Shown: positions 1 to 11,980, counted from the stretch's first letter. The stretch is DNA of 64,000 bases from Stellaceae bacterium (GCA_035517495.1 DATIYT010000120.1:9046-73045); one strand, 5' to 3'. Numbers and translations: made by a program. Notes: generated from the sequence alone by a model not told the origin.

Positions 1-1
1 G

Positions 2-427
2 GCGGTTCTGGAGAGCGCGGGGATCGCGGCGCCCGTGACGTCGAACATCCGCCATCCGCTGTGGATCAAGCTGCAACAGAACTGCTCGACCGGACCGATC
101 AGCGTGCTGACCGGCGCCAATCTCGGCGTGATCGGTGCGTCGCCGGCCATCACGTCGATCAGGGCCCAGATCATGCGCGAGTGCATCGCGGTGGCCGCGC
201 GGTGGAACGTCACGCTCGAAGACGATGTCGACGCGCGCATGGCGCGCGGCGCCGCTGGCGCCGCCGATCACAAGGCCTCGATGCTTCAGGACTACGAAAT
301 GGGAAAGCCGATCGAGCTTGATCCGATCGCGACCGCGGTGATCGAGCTGGCGCGTCGGCGCGGCGTCGAGGTGCCGATGCTCAAGACGGTTTGGGCCATC
401 ACCAAGCTCAAAATCGGCGCGGGGTGA
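2..427 (+). CDS. panE: 2-dehydropantoate 2-reductase (ketopantoate reductase), C-terminal part; 5' end outside window
   Basis: Reading frame is open from the window edge. The tail HKASMLQDYEMGKPIELDPIATAVIELARRRGVEVPMLKTV matches the ApbA/PanE C-terminal domain pattern. Confidence 0.6.
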   Translation, partial: AVLESAGIAAPVTSNIRHPLWIKLQQNCSTGPISVLTGANLGVIGASPAITSIRAQIMRECIAVAARWNVTLEDDVDARMARGAAGAADHKASMLQDYEMGKPIELDPIATAVIELARRRGVEVPMLKTVWAITKLKIGAG

Positions 428-647
428 ATTGCGTCGCCGACGATTAACCGCTGTCGAAGAGGTCTCAGGGAACCCCTCTTCTGTGTCATTCTAGTGGCAT
501 TGCCGCTTAAGCAACTCGGAGTTGCCATCAAAGCTTTGATTACTTGTTTAGATTCAAGAAAAACCACGCCGAATCCCTCTAAGCATGTTTCGCGTTAACC
601 AGTTGTAAGGGAAGTCCAACGAAACTGCGGGTCGAGGGAGATTAACC

Positions 648-2288
648 ATGCCCAAGACCTGCACACCGCGCTCGCGCCGTCGCTTGCCGATGCTCGGCAC
701 CTTGACCCTAGCCGCCACTGTCGCGCTGGCGGGCTGTACTACGACACCGGAATGGGCGGGCTCGCGCATGACCGGCGCCGGTCCGGCCACGCTCAGTCCA
801 GAGCAGACCTACGACACGCTGATGAAGGTTGCGGACGCGACTCGCGCGGGCGGTGATCTCAGCAATGCCGTCTCGCTTTATCGGCGCGCGCACCAATTGC
901 AGCCGCAGTCAGTGCAGCCGCTGCAGCGCCTGGGCGATACCCTCGCGCAAATGCAAGCCTACACCGATGCGGTTCAGGCCTATCAGGATGCGCTGCGCAT
1001 CGCTCCCAACAATGCGGATCTCGAGCGCGGCCTCGGCGCCGTGCTGTTGGGGATGGGACAGCCGCAATTGGCGCTTTCGTATCTTCAGGGGGCCTATACC
1101 ACCAATCCTCAGGATCCTCGCACCCTCAACGCACTCGGGGTCGCGAACGATCTCGCGGGACACCACGATGTCGCGATCGAGGACTATCGCAAGGGATTGG
1201 CCGTGGCTCCGGATCAGTTGAGTCTGCGCAACAATCTCGGTCTCTCGGAAGCGCTCGCCGGGGACTACAAGTCCGCGATCTCCACCTTGAGCGATCTCGC
1301 GGGGCGTCCTGGAGCGAATGCGCGCAACCGGCAGAATCTCGCGCTGGTTTATGGTCTCGCGGGCGACAACGAACATGCGGCGCAGGTTGCTCGCGCCGAC
1401 CTGGACGAGGCCGCTATCCGCAACAACATCAATTACTACACGCTGCTGCGCTCGCTTGACGACGTCGGCCGGACGGCTGCGATCCTCGGCGCCGATGTGC
1501 GCGCGACCCGCGCGGCACAGCCCACCGCGACGGTGTCTGATCCCGCGATCTCGGAGGCGCCGAGCCCCGAGGTGCGGCCGACCCCGACGCCGAACGCCGG
1601 AACGACGGCCGCCGGAACCGCGCCGGCCGAAGGCGAGCAGCCGGACATCGCAATCAGGCCCGCGCCGCCCACCACCGCCGTGCAACCGACACCCGCTGCT
1701 GCACCTGCCGCCGCAGCCGCACCGCCCCCCGCGCCGAGCAAGGGCACAGCCGAGCCCAAACCGAGCGGGAGTGTATCGCAAAGCTCGACGAGCACGCTCG
1801 AAGTGGCAAAGGCCGAGGGCAAGCGGACAACCCCGTCCGCCGCGCCAGAGGCCGCTGCTCCTACCATCAGTGAGCAGCCGATTGCCGCGACACCGGAAAG
1901 CAAGCCCGCGGCGCCGGCCGCTGAGCCCACCGCGAGCAAGGAACCATCGTCCACGGAGACCGCCAGCGCCACTCCGCCCTCGGCCAATCAGAAGCGCATC
2001 GTCGTGGAGGTCGCGAGATTCCAGACCGAGACGATGGCGGATAAGGTCAGCGCCGCGCTCGCCGCCAAGGGCGTCGATGGCCTCAAGGTCGTGCATGATC
2101 ACGATCGCACGGGCAATGACATCTACGCGATCCGCACCGGCGATTTCCCGAGCGAGGAAGCGGCGCAGGCCGAGGTCGAACGCCTGCGCGCCACCGGCGC
2201 GTTCGAAAGCAAGGTTGTGCACGTCGCGGCGCTCGTCGAGGCACCGGATGCCGTTCTCGATAGCGTGCGCGTCACGATTGAGCGCTAG
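648..2288 (+). CDS. TadD-like TPR lipoprotein with Pro/Ala-rich linker and C-terminal SPOR domain
   Basis: ATG follows GAGGGAG. Lipobox LAGC at res 27-30. TPR-like repeats at about res 60-300. PAT-rich low-complexity linker at about res 300-440. SPOR-like end VVEVARFQTETMADKVSAALAAKG...YAIRTGDFPSEEAA. Confidence 0.6.
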   Translation: MPKTCTPRSRRRLPMLGTLTLAATVALAGCTTTPEWAGSRMTGAGPATLSPEQTYDTLMKVADATRAGGDLSNAVSLYRRAHQLQPQSVQPLQRLGDTLAQMQAYTDAVQAYQDALRIAPNNADLERGLGAVLLGMGQPQLALSYLQGAYTTNPQDPRTLNALGVANDLAGHHDVAIEDYRKGLAVAPDQLSLRNNLGLSEALAGDYKSAISTLSDLAGRPGANARNRQNLALVYGLAGDNEHAAQVARADLDEAAIRNNINYYTLLRSLDDVGRTAAILGADVRATRAAQPTATVSDPAISEAPSPEVRPTPTPNAGTTAAGTAPAEGEQPDIAIRPAPPTTAVQPTPAAAPAAAAAPPPAPSKGTAEPKPSGSVSQSSTSTLEVAKAEGKRTTPSAAPEAAAPTISEQPIAATPESKPAAPAAEPTASKEPSSTETASATPPSANQKRIVVEVARFQTETMADKVSAALAAKGVDGLKVVHDHDRTGNDIYAIRTGDFPSEEAAQAEVERLRATGAFESKVVHVAALVEAPDAVLDSVRVTIER

Positions 2289-2497
2289 ATTTGACACGGG
2301 CTTAGCCTGGTGAGCCGGAGATCGTTGGAAGCGGCCGCTCTGCACGAGTGAATTCGCGGCCCTTCCACGACGACTTCGCGCCATTCCTCTGGCGCAAACC
2401 ATCCCTGCGAAACGTTGACATAGCCGCGGCTTGCCCAGTTTCAGGCGACCCGCAATAGTGCTCGGCTCAAACGCTCCAGCGAGCCGAGGAGACCCTC

Positions 2498-3199
2498 ATG
2501 ATCGAACTCTATTACTGGCCGACCCCCAACGGCCACAAAATCACGATGTTCCTTGAAGAAACCGGGCTTCCCTATGAGATCGTGCCGGTCAACATCGGCA
2601 AAGGCGATCAGTTCAAACCTGACTTCCTCAAGATCGCGCCCAACAACCGCATGCCCGCCATCATCGATCGCGCACCCGCGGACAGGGGCGCGCCCGTGAG
2701 CATCTTCGAATCCGGCGCCATTCTGCTGTACCTTGCCGAGAAGACGGGCAAGTTCGTCGGGCAGGATCTGCGCGGCCGCGTCGAGACGTTGCAATGGCTG
2801 TTCTGGCAGATGGGCGGGCTCGGTCCGATGGCTGGCCAGAACCATCACTTCTCGCAATATGCGGCGGACAAGATTCCCTACGCGATCGACCGATACGTGC
2901 GCGAAACGAACCGACTTTATGCGGTGCTCGACAAGCGTCTTGCCGATCGGGAATTCTTGGCCGGGCCTTACTCCATTGCCGATATGGCAAGCTATCCTTG
3001 GATCGTCCCGCACGAGCGCCAGGGTCAGAAGCTCGAGGACTTCCCGAATCTAAAGCGTTGGTTCGAGACGATCCGTGCGCGCCCGGCGACGGTGCGTGCC
3101 TACGACAAAGGGAAGGCCATCAATCCCAATCCCGGCATTCGCACGGAAGAGGAAAAGCGACTTTTGTTCGGCCAATCCGCGGCGACGGTGCACCGGTAA
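2498..3199 (+). CDS. glutathione S-transferase, Nu-class (YfcG/YghU-like)
   Basis: N-terminus MIELYYWPTPNGHKITMFLEE...FLKIAPNNRMPAIID is typical of this GST class. GGAG lies upstream of the ATG. Confidence 0.7.
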   Translation: MIELYYWPTPNGHKITMFLEETGLPYEIVPVNIGKGDQFKPDFLKIAPNNRMPAIIDRAPADRGAPVSIFESGAILLYLAEKTGKFVGQDLRGRVETLQWLFWQMGGLGPMAGQNHHFSQYAADKIPYAIDRYVRETNRLYAVLDKRLADREFLAGPYSIADMASYPWIVPHERQGQKLEDFPNLKRWFETIRARPATVRAYDKGKAINPNPGIRTEEEKRLLFGQSAATVHR

Positions 3200-3200
3200 A

Positions 3201-4040
3201 TCAGAGGCGAGGGAAAGCGTCTTCGCCGTCGAGCCAGCGGTCGAGCGTCGCGGGTTCACGCAAGAGCAAGGCAACCGCCGCCGTCAGTTCGACCAGGTGG
3301 CTTGCGAGCCCCAGGTCCTCCAACGCCGCGACTTCGCCGCTGATATAGCCGGCGGCGATCAGTCGCGGCGTCACCAAAGTCGGCACGCGCGCGGCGCCGC
3401 CGGCCTCACGCGCCTCGACCTCTTGCTCGCAAAGCCGTGCGCTTAGCGAAAGGAGGGCGCGACAGGCGATCGGCCTTATCTCGTAGATCGAACAGGCACC
3501 TTGCACCAGCAAAGGGCAGAGCATCTTCATGGCGAGCCGTTCCTGGGCACGGCGCCGCTCAAGGCGGCTATCCGCCGCGAGCACGGCATCGCAGCGCTCG
3601 CGGCGCGAGCCGTCGCGCAACGCCGCCGCGATGCGCGCGGCCTCAAGAATGGTCACGCCGACGTTCATGTGGCAGCAGAAGCTGCAGCCCCGGCGGCACT
3701 CGACGGCGGCGATGCGTTTCTCGAGCTCGGGATCGCGTGTGCGCTGCTCCGCGAATTGCCGCTCATAGGCTTCGGCAAGCGCCGCGCCCAAACCCTCGAT
3801 CGCAGCCTGGAACGCCCCCCTATCCGAGTTCGCATCGGCGCGCAGTAGATGCTCGCGCGTCAGTTGCCGCACGCCCTCGGCGATCGTCTGCAGATACGCC
3901 AGAATATCAGGCGGCGGCGTCCCGATCTCGGGCGGCAGCAGAAACCGCGTGACCGGCACGAGCGCTCGCGCCAGCTTCAGCGGACGATGGGAATGAGGCG
4001 CATCTGCGGCAGTGCCGCTCATCTCGTGCCCTCCCGGCAC
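3201..4040 (-). CDS. YkgJ-family (UPF0153) Cys-cluster zinc/iron-chelating domain protein
   Basis: Cys cluster CRRGCSFCCH ... CPLLVQGACSIYEIRPIACR. Same strand as tadC and 112 nt downstream of it. Confidence 0.55.
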   Translation of the reverse strand: MPGGHEMSGTAADAPHSHRPLKLARALVPVTRFLLPPEIGTPPPDILAYLQTIAEGVRQLTREHLLRADANSDRGAFQAAIEGLGAALAEAYERQFAEQRTRDPELEKRIAAVECRRGCSFCCHMNVGVTILEAARIAAALRDGSRRERCDAVLAADSRLERRRAQERLAMKMLCPLLVQGACSIYEIRPIACRALLSLSARLCEQEVEAREAGGAARVPTLVTPRLIAAGYISGEVAALEDLGLASHLVELTAAVALLLREPATLDRWLDGEDAFPRL

Positions 4041-4152
4041 GAGGTTAACACGACGAGATCGAACGAGCGAATAGCGGCGCTCGGCGCTTTTCCCAATCGG
4101 CGATAAACTTGCGTAACCGCGCGATGCTGCTGCTCAGGCCGGCGCCGCGCCG

Positions 4153-5127
4153 TTATTTGAAGGTGTCGAGCACCTGGATGATGGCGGGACCGATCAGCAC
4201 GATGAACAGTGCCGGCAGAATGAAGAGAATCATCGGGACGGTCATGATCGCGGGGAGCCGGGCGGCCTTTTCCTCGGCCTTCATCATGCGCTCGTCGCGA
4301 AACTCGGCGGCGAGGACACGCAGCGAGTGGGCGAGGGGCGTGCCGTAGCGCTCGGTCTGCATCAGCGTGTTTACCACGGCGCGGATCGCGGGAATGTCGG
4401 CGCGGCGCACCAGGTTGTTCAGCGCCGTCCGCCGATTGGGCAGGAAGCCGAGCTCGATCGCGGTCAGACCCACCTCGTCCGCGAGTTCCGGCGCCGCGCC
4501 TCCAAGCTCGCGCGCGACCCGGGTCAGCGAGGCATCGAGGCTCAGCCCGGCTTCGGCGCAGATCACCATGAGGTCGAGCCCGTCGGGGATTTGCCGCTTG
4601 AGCAGAGTGTACCGGCGCGAGACCGCATTTTTCAGGAATAGAACTGGGCTATACCCGCCCAAAAGCACGCCCGCGCCGGCGACCAGGATGCTGCTCATGG
4701 TGGAGAGCGTCGCTCCCATCATCGTAACCAGGAGCAGCGCCCCGCCGCCCGCCACGAAAGGCATGATCAGCCGCGCGCCCAGGTAGATCACCAGCATGTC
4801 GCGAGAGCGCCAGCCGGCTTGAGCGAGCTTGTCGGAGGTCTGTCGCGCCTCGGCGCCACGCGTCAGCTTGAGCCGCTCGACCAGGCCGCGCATGGCGTTG
4901 ACCGATGCCTTTTGGCCGCCGCTGCCATCGATCGGATTGAGGAATTGCTGCAGCAGATGCTGGCGGCGTTGCTGATGGCTCTTGATCCGCGCCGCCATTG
5001 GATCGCTCGGAACGAAGGCGCGGCCGAGCGCGATCAGCGTGACGAATACGCCGACCCCACCCAAGAGAGCGATTCCGGTGTCGCCGGTCAGCAGGCTGTC
5101 GAGGAGACTCGCGAATAGCTGGCTCAT
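4153..5127 (-). CDS. tadC: Flp pilus assembly inner-membrane protein TadC (T2SS-F family)
   Basis: Polytopic protein with a T2SS-F-like domain. ATGA start/stop overlap with tadB at 5124-5127. Confidence 0.85.
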   Translation of the reverse strand: MSQLFASLLDSLLTGDTGIALLGGVGVFVTLIALGRAFVPSDPMAARIKSHQQRRQHLLQQFLNPIDGSGGQKASVNAMRGLVERLKLTRGAEARQTSDKLAQAGWRSRDMLVIYLGARLIMPFVAGGGALLLVTMMGATLSTMSSILVAGAGVLLGGYSPVLFLKNAVSRRYTLLKRQIPDGLDLMVICAEAGLSLDASLTRVARELGGAAPELADEVGLTAIELGFLPNRRTALNNLVRRADIPAIRAVVNTLMQTERYGTPLAHSLRVLAAEFRDERMMKAEEKAARLPAIMTVPMILFILPALFIVLIGPAIIQVLDTFK

Positions 5128-6094
5128 ATGTCGAATTTCGCCATTTTCTGCATGACAAAGATCCCCAGCGCCATGCCGAGGCCGCCGCCGGCCAACATCG
5201 CGTGACCGAGCGGCGTCTCAAACAGCCGTCCGATATAGGCGGGATTCACACCCGACAGCACGCCGATCATGATGAAGGGCATCGAGCCGATGATGGCGGC
5301 GCTGGCTCGGGCTTCCGACGACATGGCCTTGACCTTGAGCTTCATCTGCCGCCGGCGGCGCAAGATCGTGTCGAGGTTCTCCAGCGTCTCCGCGAGATTG
5401 CCGCCGGTCTCGCGCTGAACCGAAAGGCTCACCACGAGGAATTTGATCTCGGGCGTATCGACACGCCGGGCGGCGTCCCAAAGCGCCTGATCAAGCGTCT
5501 GACCGAGCCGGGTCTGATCGGAGATCCGCCGGAATTCGTCGCCGACGGGAGCCGGAACTTCTTGTCCGATGACCTGAAAGGTCTCGCCGATCGGCAGGCC
5601 GGACTTGATGCCACGCACCATCAGCCCGATTGCTTCGGGGAAGAGCTGAGTGAAGCGCTTGGCGCGTCGCGCCACCGCGAATCCCACGACGAAGTGCGGC
5701 AAGCAGAGTCCCACGACCAACGCCACCGGCGCGGCGATCATCCACTGGACATTGAAATAGAACAGCGCACCCGCGACGACCAGGCCGGTCACCGCGCACG
5801 CGATCCCGTAAGTGCCGAGCCCGATTGACCAGCCCGTGCGTACCAGGCGCTGGCGCAGCAGCTCCGGCCGCGGCATGAGCTTTTTCACCAGCGCGTCGAG
5901 GCCGCTGTTGTGGTTGTCGAGACGAAGCGAGAGTTCCACGGCCCTATCGACGCTGGCGGTTTCGGCCGAGCGGTTCTTCACGCGTTGCAGGCGCTTGGTG
6001 GCCGAGTCTTCGCCGGCGAATGCATATGCCAGGGCAAACATGGTCAGGCCCGCCACGCCGGCGAGGACAAAGAGCAGAAAATCGCCGTCCATCA

Positions 6095-6098
<4 letters not shown>
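5124..6098 (-). CDS. tadB: Flp pilus assembly inner-membrane protein TadB (T2SS-F family)
   Basis: Polytopic T2SS-F-like protein. ATGA overlap with cpaF at 6095-6098. Confidence 0.85.
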
Positions 6099-7756
<1,658 letters not shown>

Positions 7757-7762
7757 GACACG

Positions 7763-8971
7763 CTACTTTCGGAAGATGTTAAGAAGCGAGCGCTTCTTGG
7801 CCATCTCGCGGCCGCAAAGACGCTGCGCCAAGGCCACAAGGTCCTCGGCGGCCTTGCCGCCCTTTCCGGCCACCGCCATCGCCTTGCCTTGCCTCGCCAT
7901 CGCGGTCGCCGCCTTGGGGTCGAAGGCGATTTGATGATCGATCGAGCTGCCAAGACCGCGCTCGAATTCGCGCTGGCTGATTTCGCCCCGGTGCGGCGAG
8001 CCGACCTGGCTCGCGACGATGAAGGGGCGGGCGCGTCCGCCCACTCGCTTCAGCAGATCGCTGAGCCTCAGGGTGTCGCGCAATCCCGCGAGCGACAGAT
8101 CGGTTACCACCACGAACTGGTCCGACTCCACGATCATTTGCCGCACGCAATCGTCCATGCGATGCGGCAGATCCACGACGAGCTGGGTGCAGTCCTGCCC
8201 GAGCACATCGATCAACGGCTCCAGGGATTCCGGCTGCTGATGGATCGTCTCGTCCAGCGATTCCTCGCCGGCCAGAACCTTGAGCCGGTCCGCGGCGCTC
8301 GTCGTCGCCGACGACAACAGCAGGGCGTCGATGCGCTCAGGGTGTTCCAACGCCTCGCGCAATCCCCGCCCGGGCTCGATATCGAGGCTCAGCGCCAGGC
8401 TGCCGAAATGCAGGTCGAGATCGGCGAGGGCGGCTCGCTGGTGGAATTCGTGGACGAAATTCCACGCGACGCTCGCTGCGATGGTGGTCGTGCCGACGCC
8501 GCCACGCGCGCCGACGAAACTGGTGATGCGCGTCGCGCGCGCCGCCGTTTCGCCTTCGGGGCCGTGATCGTCGAGAATGGCGGCCATGGCGTCGTGCAAG
8601 GCTTCGCCCGAAACCGGCTTCACCAGATAGTCGGCGATGCCCAGCGCCATCAGCGAGCGATAGAGACTGACGTCGTTGACCGCTCCAATCACCAGGACGC
8701 GCGTTTCGCGCGGACAGAGCGTCAGTATCTCCTGAAGCTCGTCGATGGGCTGATCATGCCCGGACACGTCGAGCAGCATGAGGTCGGGAGCGAGCGCGGG
8801 ATCGATGCTCTTGTGCGCGACGGCCAGGTTACCGGCTCGGACCCGTGCCTCGATCCCGCCCAGGTGGGAGACGACGCGGTTCACCGTCTCGCGCGTCACT
8901 TCGTCGCCTATGCAGGCGAAGAAGCGCAGCTTGGCGGTGTCCTCGCGTCTGGCTTCGGCAGCGTCTGCCAT
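7763..8971 (-). CDS. cpaE: pilus assembly protein CpaE/TadZ (receiver-like N-domain plus MinD/ParA-type ATPase)
   Basis: Deviant Walker A GARGGVGTTT. N-terminal CheY-like fold. Sits between cpaD and cpaF. Confidence 0.85.
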   Translation of the reverse strand: MADAAEARREDTAKLRFFACIGDEVTRETVNRVVSHLGGIEARVRAGNLAVAHKSIDPALAPDLMLLDVSGHDQPIDELQEILTLCPRETRVLVIGAVNDVSLYRSLMALGIADYLVKPVSGEALHDAMAAILDDHGPEGETAARATRITSFVGARGGVGTTTIAASVAWNFVHEFHQRAALADLDLHFGSLALSLDIEPGRGLREALEHPERIDALLLSSATTSAADRLKVLAGEESLDETIHQQPESLEPLIDVLGQDCTQLVVDLPHRMDDCVRQMIVESDQFVVVTDLSLAGLRDTLRLSDLLKRVGGRARPFIVASQVGSPHRGEISQREFERGLGSSIDHQIAFDPKAATAMARQGKAMAVAGKGGKAAEDLVALAQRLCGREMAKKRSLLNIFRK

Positions 8972-8973
8972 GA

Positions 8974-9669
8974 TTATTGACCGGTGCCTTGCGTGGGCGT
9001 GCCGCTGCTGCCACCGCTCGATGTCGAGGTGGCGCCATAGGTACCGCCCGCGGATTCAGATGGAAGCGGCGCCGTCTTTCCCGCGCGGTAGCGCTGGATC
9101 GGCAACACGGCGGCGTCCGCCGGCTCGGGGCTGGGGTCTCGACCGATCACAAGGTCGCGCGGATTTGCGACCATGAGGCCGAGATTGGCCTGATTGGAGC
9201 AACCCCAATTGCTCGGCGGTGCGTTCTCATGGTCCTCCGAGGAGGACTTGGTGAAATTGGGGCAGTTGGGCGGCGTTGCGACGTAGCGATCGACCACCAC
9301 CAGGAGCGAGTTGGCGGGAACCGCGTCGCGCGCGGCCGGCAGCGCCGAAACCTCCAGACCACGGTGTTCGAGTTCGCGCGCCAGCGTATTGATGCGGCCG
9401 GTGGCGAGGCGGTCCCCCGCGGCGGGCTCAAGATAGACCGAATCGCGCGGCTGAACCTGCGCCGCGCTAAGGAAGTCGTTGAGCCGCGCCTGCTCGGCCG
9501 GGCTTAGCGCACTCGCTCCGCGCGCGTAGGTCGCCGCAAAGGTGGTTCGAGCGAAGTCGACGCGGATGTCGCGGTTCGCCTCGACCGAGGACCACTCTTC
9601 GCTAGGGGTGGCGCAGGCTTGCAGCGCCGCCGCGGCGATGGCAAGCAGGATTGGAGCGTACCTATTCAT
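8974..9669 (-). CDS. cpaD: pilus assembly lipoprotein CpaD
   Basis: Signal peptide with lipobox LQAC. Position between cpaC and cpaE. CpaD-like motif NCPNF...NWGC. Confidence 0.7.
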   Translation of the reverse strand: MNRYAPILLAIAAAALQACATPSEEWSSVEANRDIRVDFARTTFAATYARGASALSPAEQARLNDFLSAAQVQPRDSVYLEPAAGDRLATGRINTLARELEHRGLEVSALPAARDAVPANSLLVVVDRYVATPPNCPNFTKSSSEDHENAPPSNWGCSNQANLGLMVANPRDLVIGRDPSPEPADAAVLPIQRYRAGKTAPLPSESAGGTYGATSTSSGGSSGTPTQGTGQ

Positions 9670-9683
9670 GGGAGTGCCCCCTT

Positions 9684-11078
9684 CTAGTCGAGGTCGAAGC
9701 CGGCGGGGCCGATCAGGCCCGTGCCGCTGCGTGTCGCGGGAACCGGAGCGTTCTTCTCAACCTGCGGACGGTAAGTGTCGCCGTTGAGAATCTGGCTCTT
9801 GTCGTTCGCCGGCCGCAAGCCGTCGGTCGGCGCGTGAAGCGCGGTCGAGACCGGTCGTACGATGTAAGGCGTGACGATGATGACGAGCTCGGTCTCGTTG
9901 CGCTGGAAGGTGTTCGAGCGGAAGAGGGCGCCCAGGATCGGCACGTCGCCGAGCCACGGGAACTTCTGCACCGTTTGGTTGATGTTGTTTTGCAGCAGAC
10001 CGCCGATCGCAAAGCTCTGGCCGCTGGCGAGTTCAAGGGTCGTGTCGGCGCGTCTCGTGGTGAGCGCAGGCACCTGGAACCCTTCGATGGTGATCGCACC
10101 CTGGGTGCTGAGCTCGCTTACCTCGGGCGCGACGTGCAGGTTGATGGTGCTGTCATGGACCGTGGCCACGAAGTTCAGGCTGACGCCGAATTTCTTGTAG
10201 TCGATGGTGATGACGGCGGCCGAGCCCGTACCGGACTGCGGCACGGGGATCGGGAACTCGCCGCCCGCCAGGAAGCTCGCGGGCTCGCCGGAAATGGCGG
10301 TCAAGTTCGGCTCCGCCAAGATCGTCACCAGACCGTTCTGTTCGAGGGCGTCGATCAGGGCTTCCACTTGGTAGTTCGACCCGGTGATCGAGCCGGTCAG
10401 CGTGTTCGGAGTGATGCCCGTGATGGACAATGGCGAGGTGAGCAGCGAGAAGGCGATGTGCCCGTTGTTGAAGAACGAGTCCCAATTGATGCCGAATTGC
10501 TTGGCGATGTTGCGCGAAACCTCGGCAACCCGCACGCGGATGTTGACCTGGTTCGCTTCCTCAACCTTGATCTTATTGATGATCTGCTTCGGATCGGGAA
10601 CGAACCGCGCGGCGATCCGGCGCACGTCTTCCGCCTCCGCCGAGGAGTACATGGTTCCCTCCAGCACCAGGTTGTCGTCGATGGTGCTGACGTGGATCGA
10701 GTTATGCGGCTCCAGATCGTGAATGGTCCGCTCCAGCGCCTCGATATTGTGGCGCACGCGGACCGTCGAATTGAGCAGTACTTCGTCGTTGTCGCCGACC
10801 GCGTAGAGGGTCGTTTCGCCCGCAGCCTTGCCGAAAATGTAGACGAGCGTCGGAGACTTGACCTGCACGTCGGCGACGTCGGGATCGGCGACGAACACGC
10901 TGTTGGCGGGTTGGCCCAGCTGGATAAGCCGCCCCTTGCTCACGTCAAGCGTGATCGGCTGCCCGCTGGGACCGACGATCTTGGTGTCCGCGAACGCGGG
11001 CGAGCCGAACAAGATCACGAGGCTGAGCAGCGCCGCCAAGGGCGCGACGAGCCGAAGCCTTGCGAAGCCGTAAGTCAT
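9684..11078 (-). CDS. cpaC: Flp pilus secretin CpaC/RcpA
   Basis: Signal peptide ...SPAFA. C-terminal secretin core GGLLQNNINQTVQKFPWLGDVPILGALFRS. Confidence 0.9.
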   Translation of the reverse strand: MTYGFARLRLVAPLAALLSLVILFGSPAFADTKIVGPSGQPITLDVSKGRLIQLGQPANSVFVADPDVADVQVKSPTLVYIFGKAAGETTLYAVGDNDEVLLNSTVRVRHNIEALERTIHDLEPHNSIHVSTIDDNLVLEGTMYSSAEAEDVRRIAARFVPDPKQIINKIKVEEANQVNIRVRVAEVSRNIAKQFGINWDSFFNNGHIAFSLLTSPLSITGITPNTLTGSITGSNYQVEALIDALEQNGLVTILAEPNLTAISGEPASFLAGGEFPIPVPQSGTGSAAVITIDYKKFGVSLNFVATVHDSTINLHVAPEVSELSTQGAITIEGFQVPALTTRRADTTLELASGQSFAIGGLLQNNINQTVQKFPWLGDVPILGALFRSNTFQRNETELVIIVTPYIVRPVSTALHAPTDGLRPANDKSQILNGDTYRPQVEKNAPVPATRSGTGLIGPAGFDLD

Positions 11079-11962
11079 TTCACACCCCCCGGAAATTGGA
11101 CGTCCTTAACGTCGGCCCCACGCACGACGCTAACCTTCATGCCACCCTCGCCACCGGGCCGTTGAGACGGCGGCGGTCCGATTGCCGGAACAGCTTCGTA
11201 GTCCCAGATGAAGCTGCTTGCGGTCGGGCCCTGCGGCGGCTCTTGGCACTGATCGACGCTGCAAAGGCTGAGCGAGAATTTGCCGATGTCTTCGGCGAGA
11301 GCGAGGATCTCCGCCTGTTTCGGCGTAACTTCAAGCGTCGCGGTCTTCGCAACGACGACCTCCTTATTCTGATCGTCGAAGCGCTGGTCGACCGCCAAAA
11401 TCTTCACGTTCTTTAGCACCGTCTCGCTGATCCAGCGCGGCTTCGGCGCCTGCTCGCCCTTGGGTGCCTCGAATTCGATCTTGAATGTTCCAACCAGGTC
11501 GACCCGGTCGCCCGGGAACACGAGGCCGGCAAGCCCGCTGCTGGGCGTGACGTTGACGGTGACCGCGCGGTATCCCGAATCCAACACCACCGCGAGGAAG
11601 CTCCGGTCGCCGGACGCGACGACGCGCGAGGCGGAGATCGGTTCGCCGTCGTTGAGGCCGACGCGCACCACCGCGCCGACGTATTTTTCCAGCGGCTCCT
11701 TGCCTTGCACCACGTAGGTCTGCGAGAGCGCGTCATCGGGCCAGCTCTGCCAACGGAGATTCTCGGGCCGTATGAAAGTCCCGGCGGGCAAGTTTCCCTT
11801 GGCGACCAGGACAAAGGTGCCGGCCGCCCGCTCGGGCTCCGGCGCTTTCTGCTCGACCACGATTGCCGCACGCTGCGCCTTCAGCCACATCTGGCCGATA
11901 AAGAAGGTGCTGCCGGCGGCGACCAGCGCCAGGACCAGAAAGATGATGCGACGGGGTGACAT
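11075..11962 (-). CDS. cpaB: Flp pilus assembly protein CpaB/RcpC
   Basis: N-terminal TM segment and SAF/RcpC-like body. 4-nt overlap with cpaC. Confidence 0.8.
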   Translation of the reverse strand: MSPRRIIFLVLALVAAGSTFFIGQMWLKAQRAAIVVEQKAPEPERAAGTFVLVAKGNLPAGTFIRPENLRWQSWPDDALSQTYVVQGKEPLEKYVGAVVRVGLNDGEPISASRVVASGDRSFLAVVLDSGYRAVTVNVTPSSGLAGLVFPGDRVDLVGTFKIEFEAPKGEQAPKPRWISETVLKNVKILAVDQRFDDQNKEVVVAKTATLEVTPKQAEILALAEDIGKFSLSLCSVDQCQEPPQGPTASSFIWDYEAVPAIGPPPSQRPGGEGGMKVSVVRGADVKDVQFPGGVK

Positions 11963-11980
11963 GGTGGGTCTCCGCTACGT

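Noticed and set aside
1560-1990. A GC-rich low-complexity stretch with long ORFs in several frames.
   Set aside because: It is explained as the Pro/Ala/Thr-rich linker of the TPR-SPOR protein. The alternative frames are compositional artefacts.
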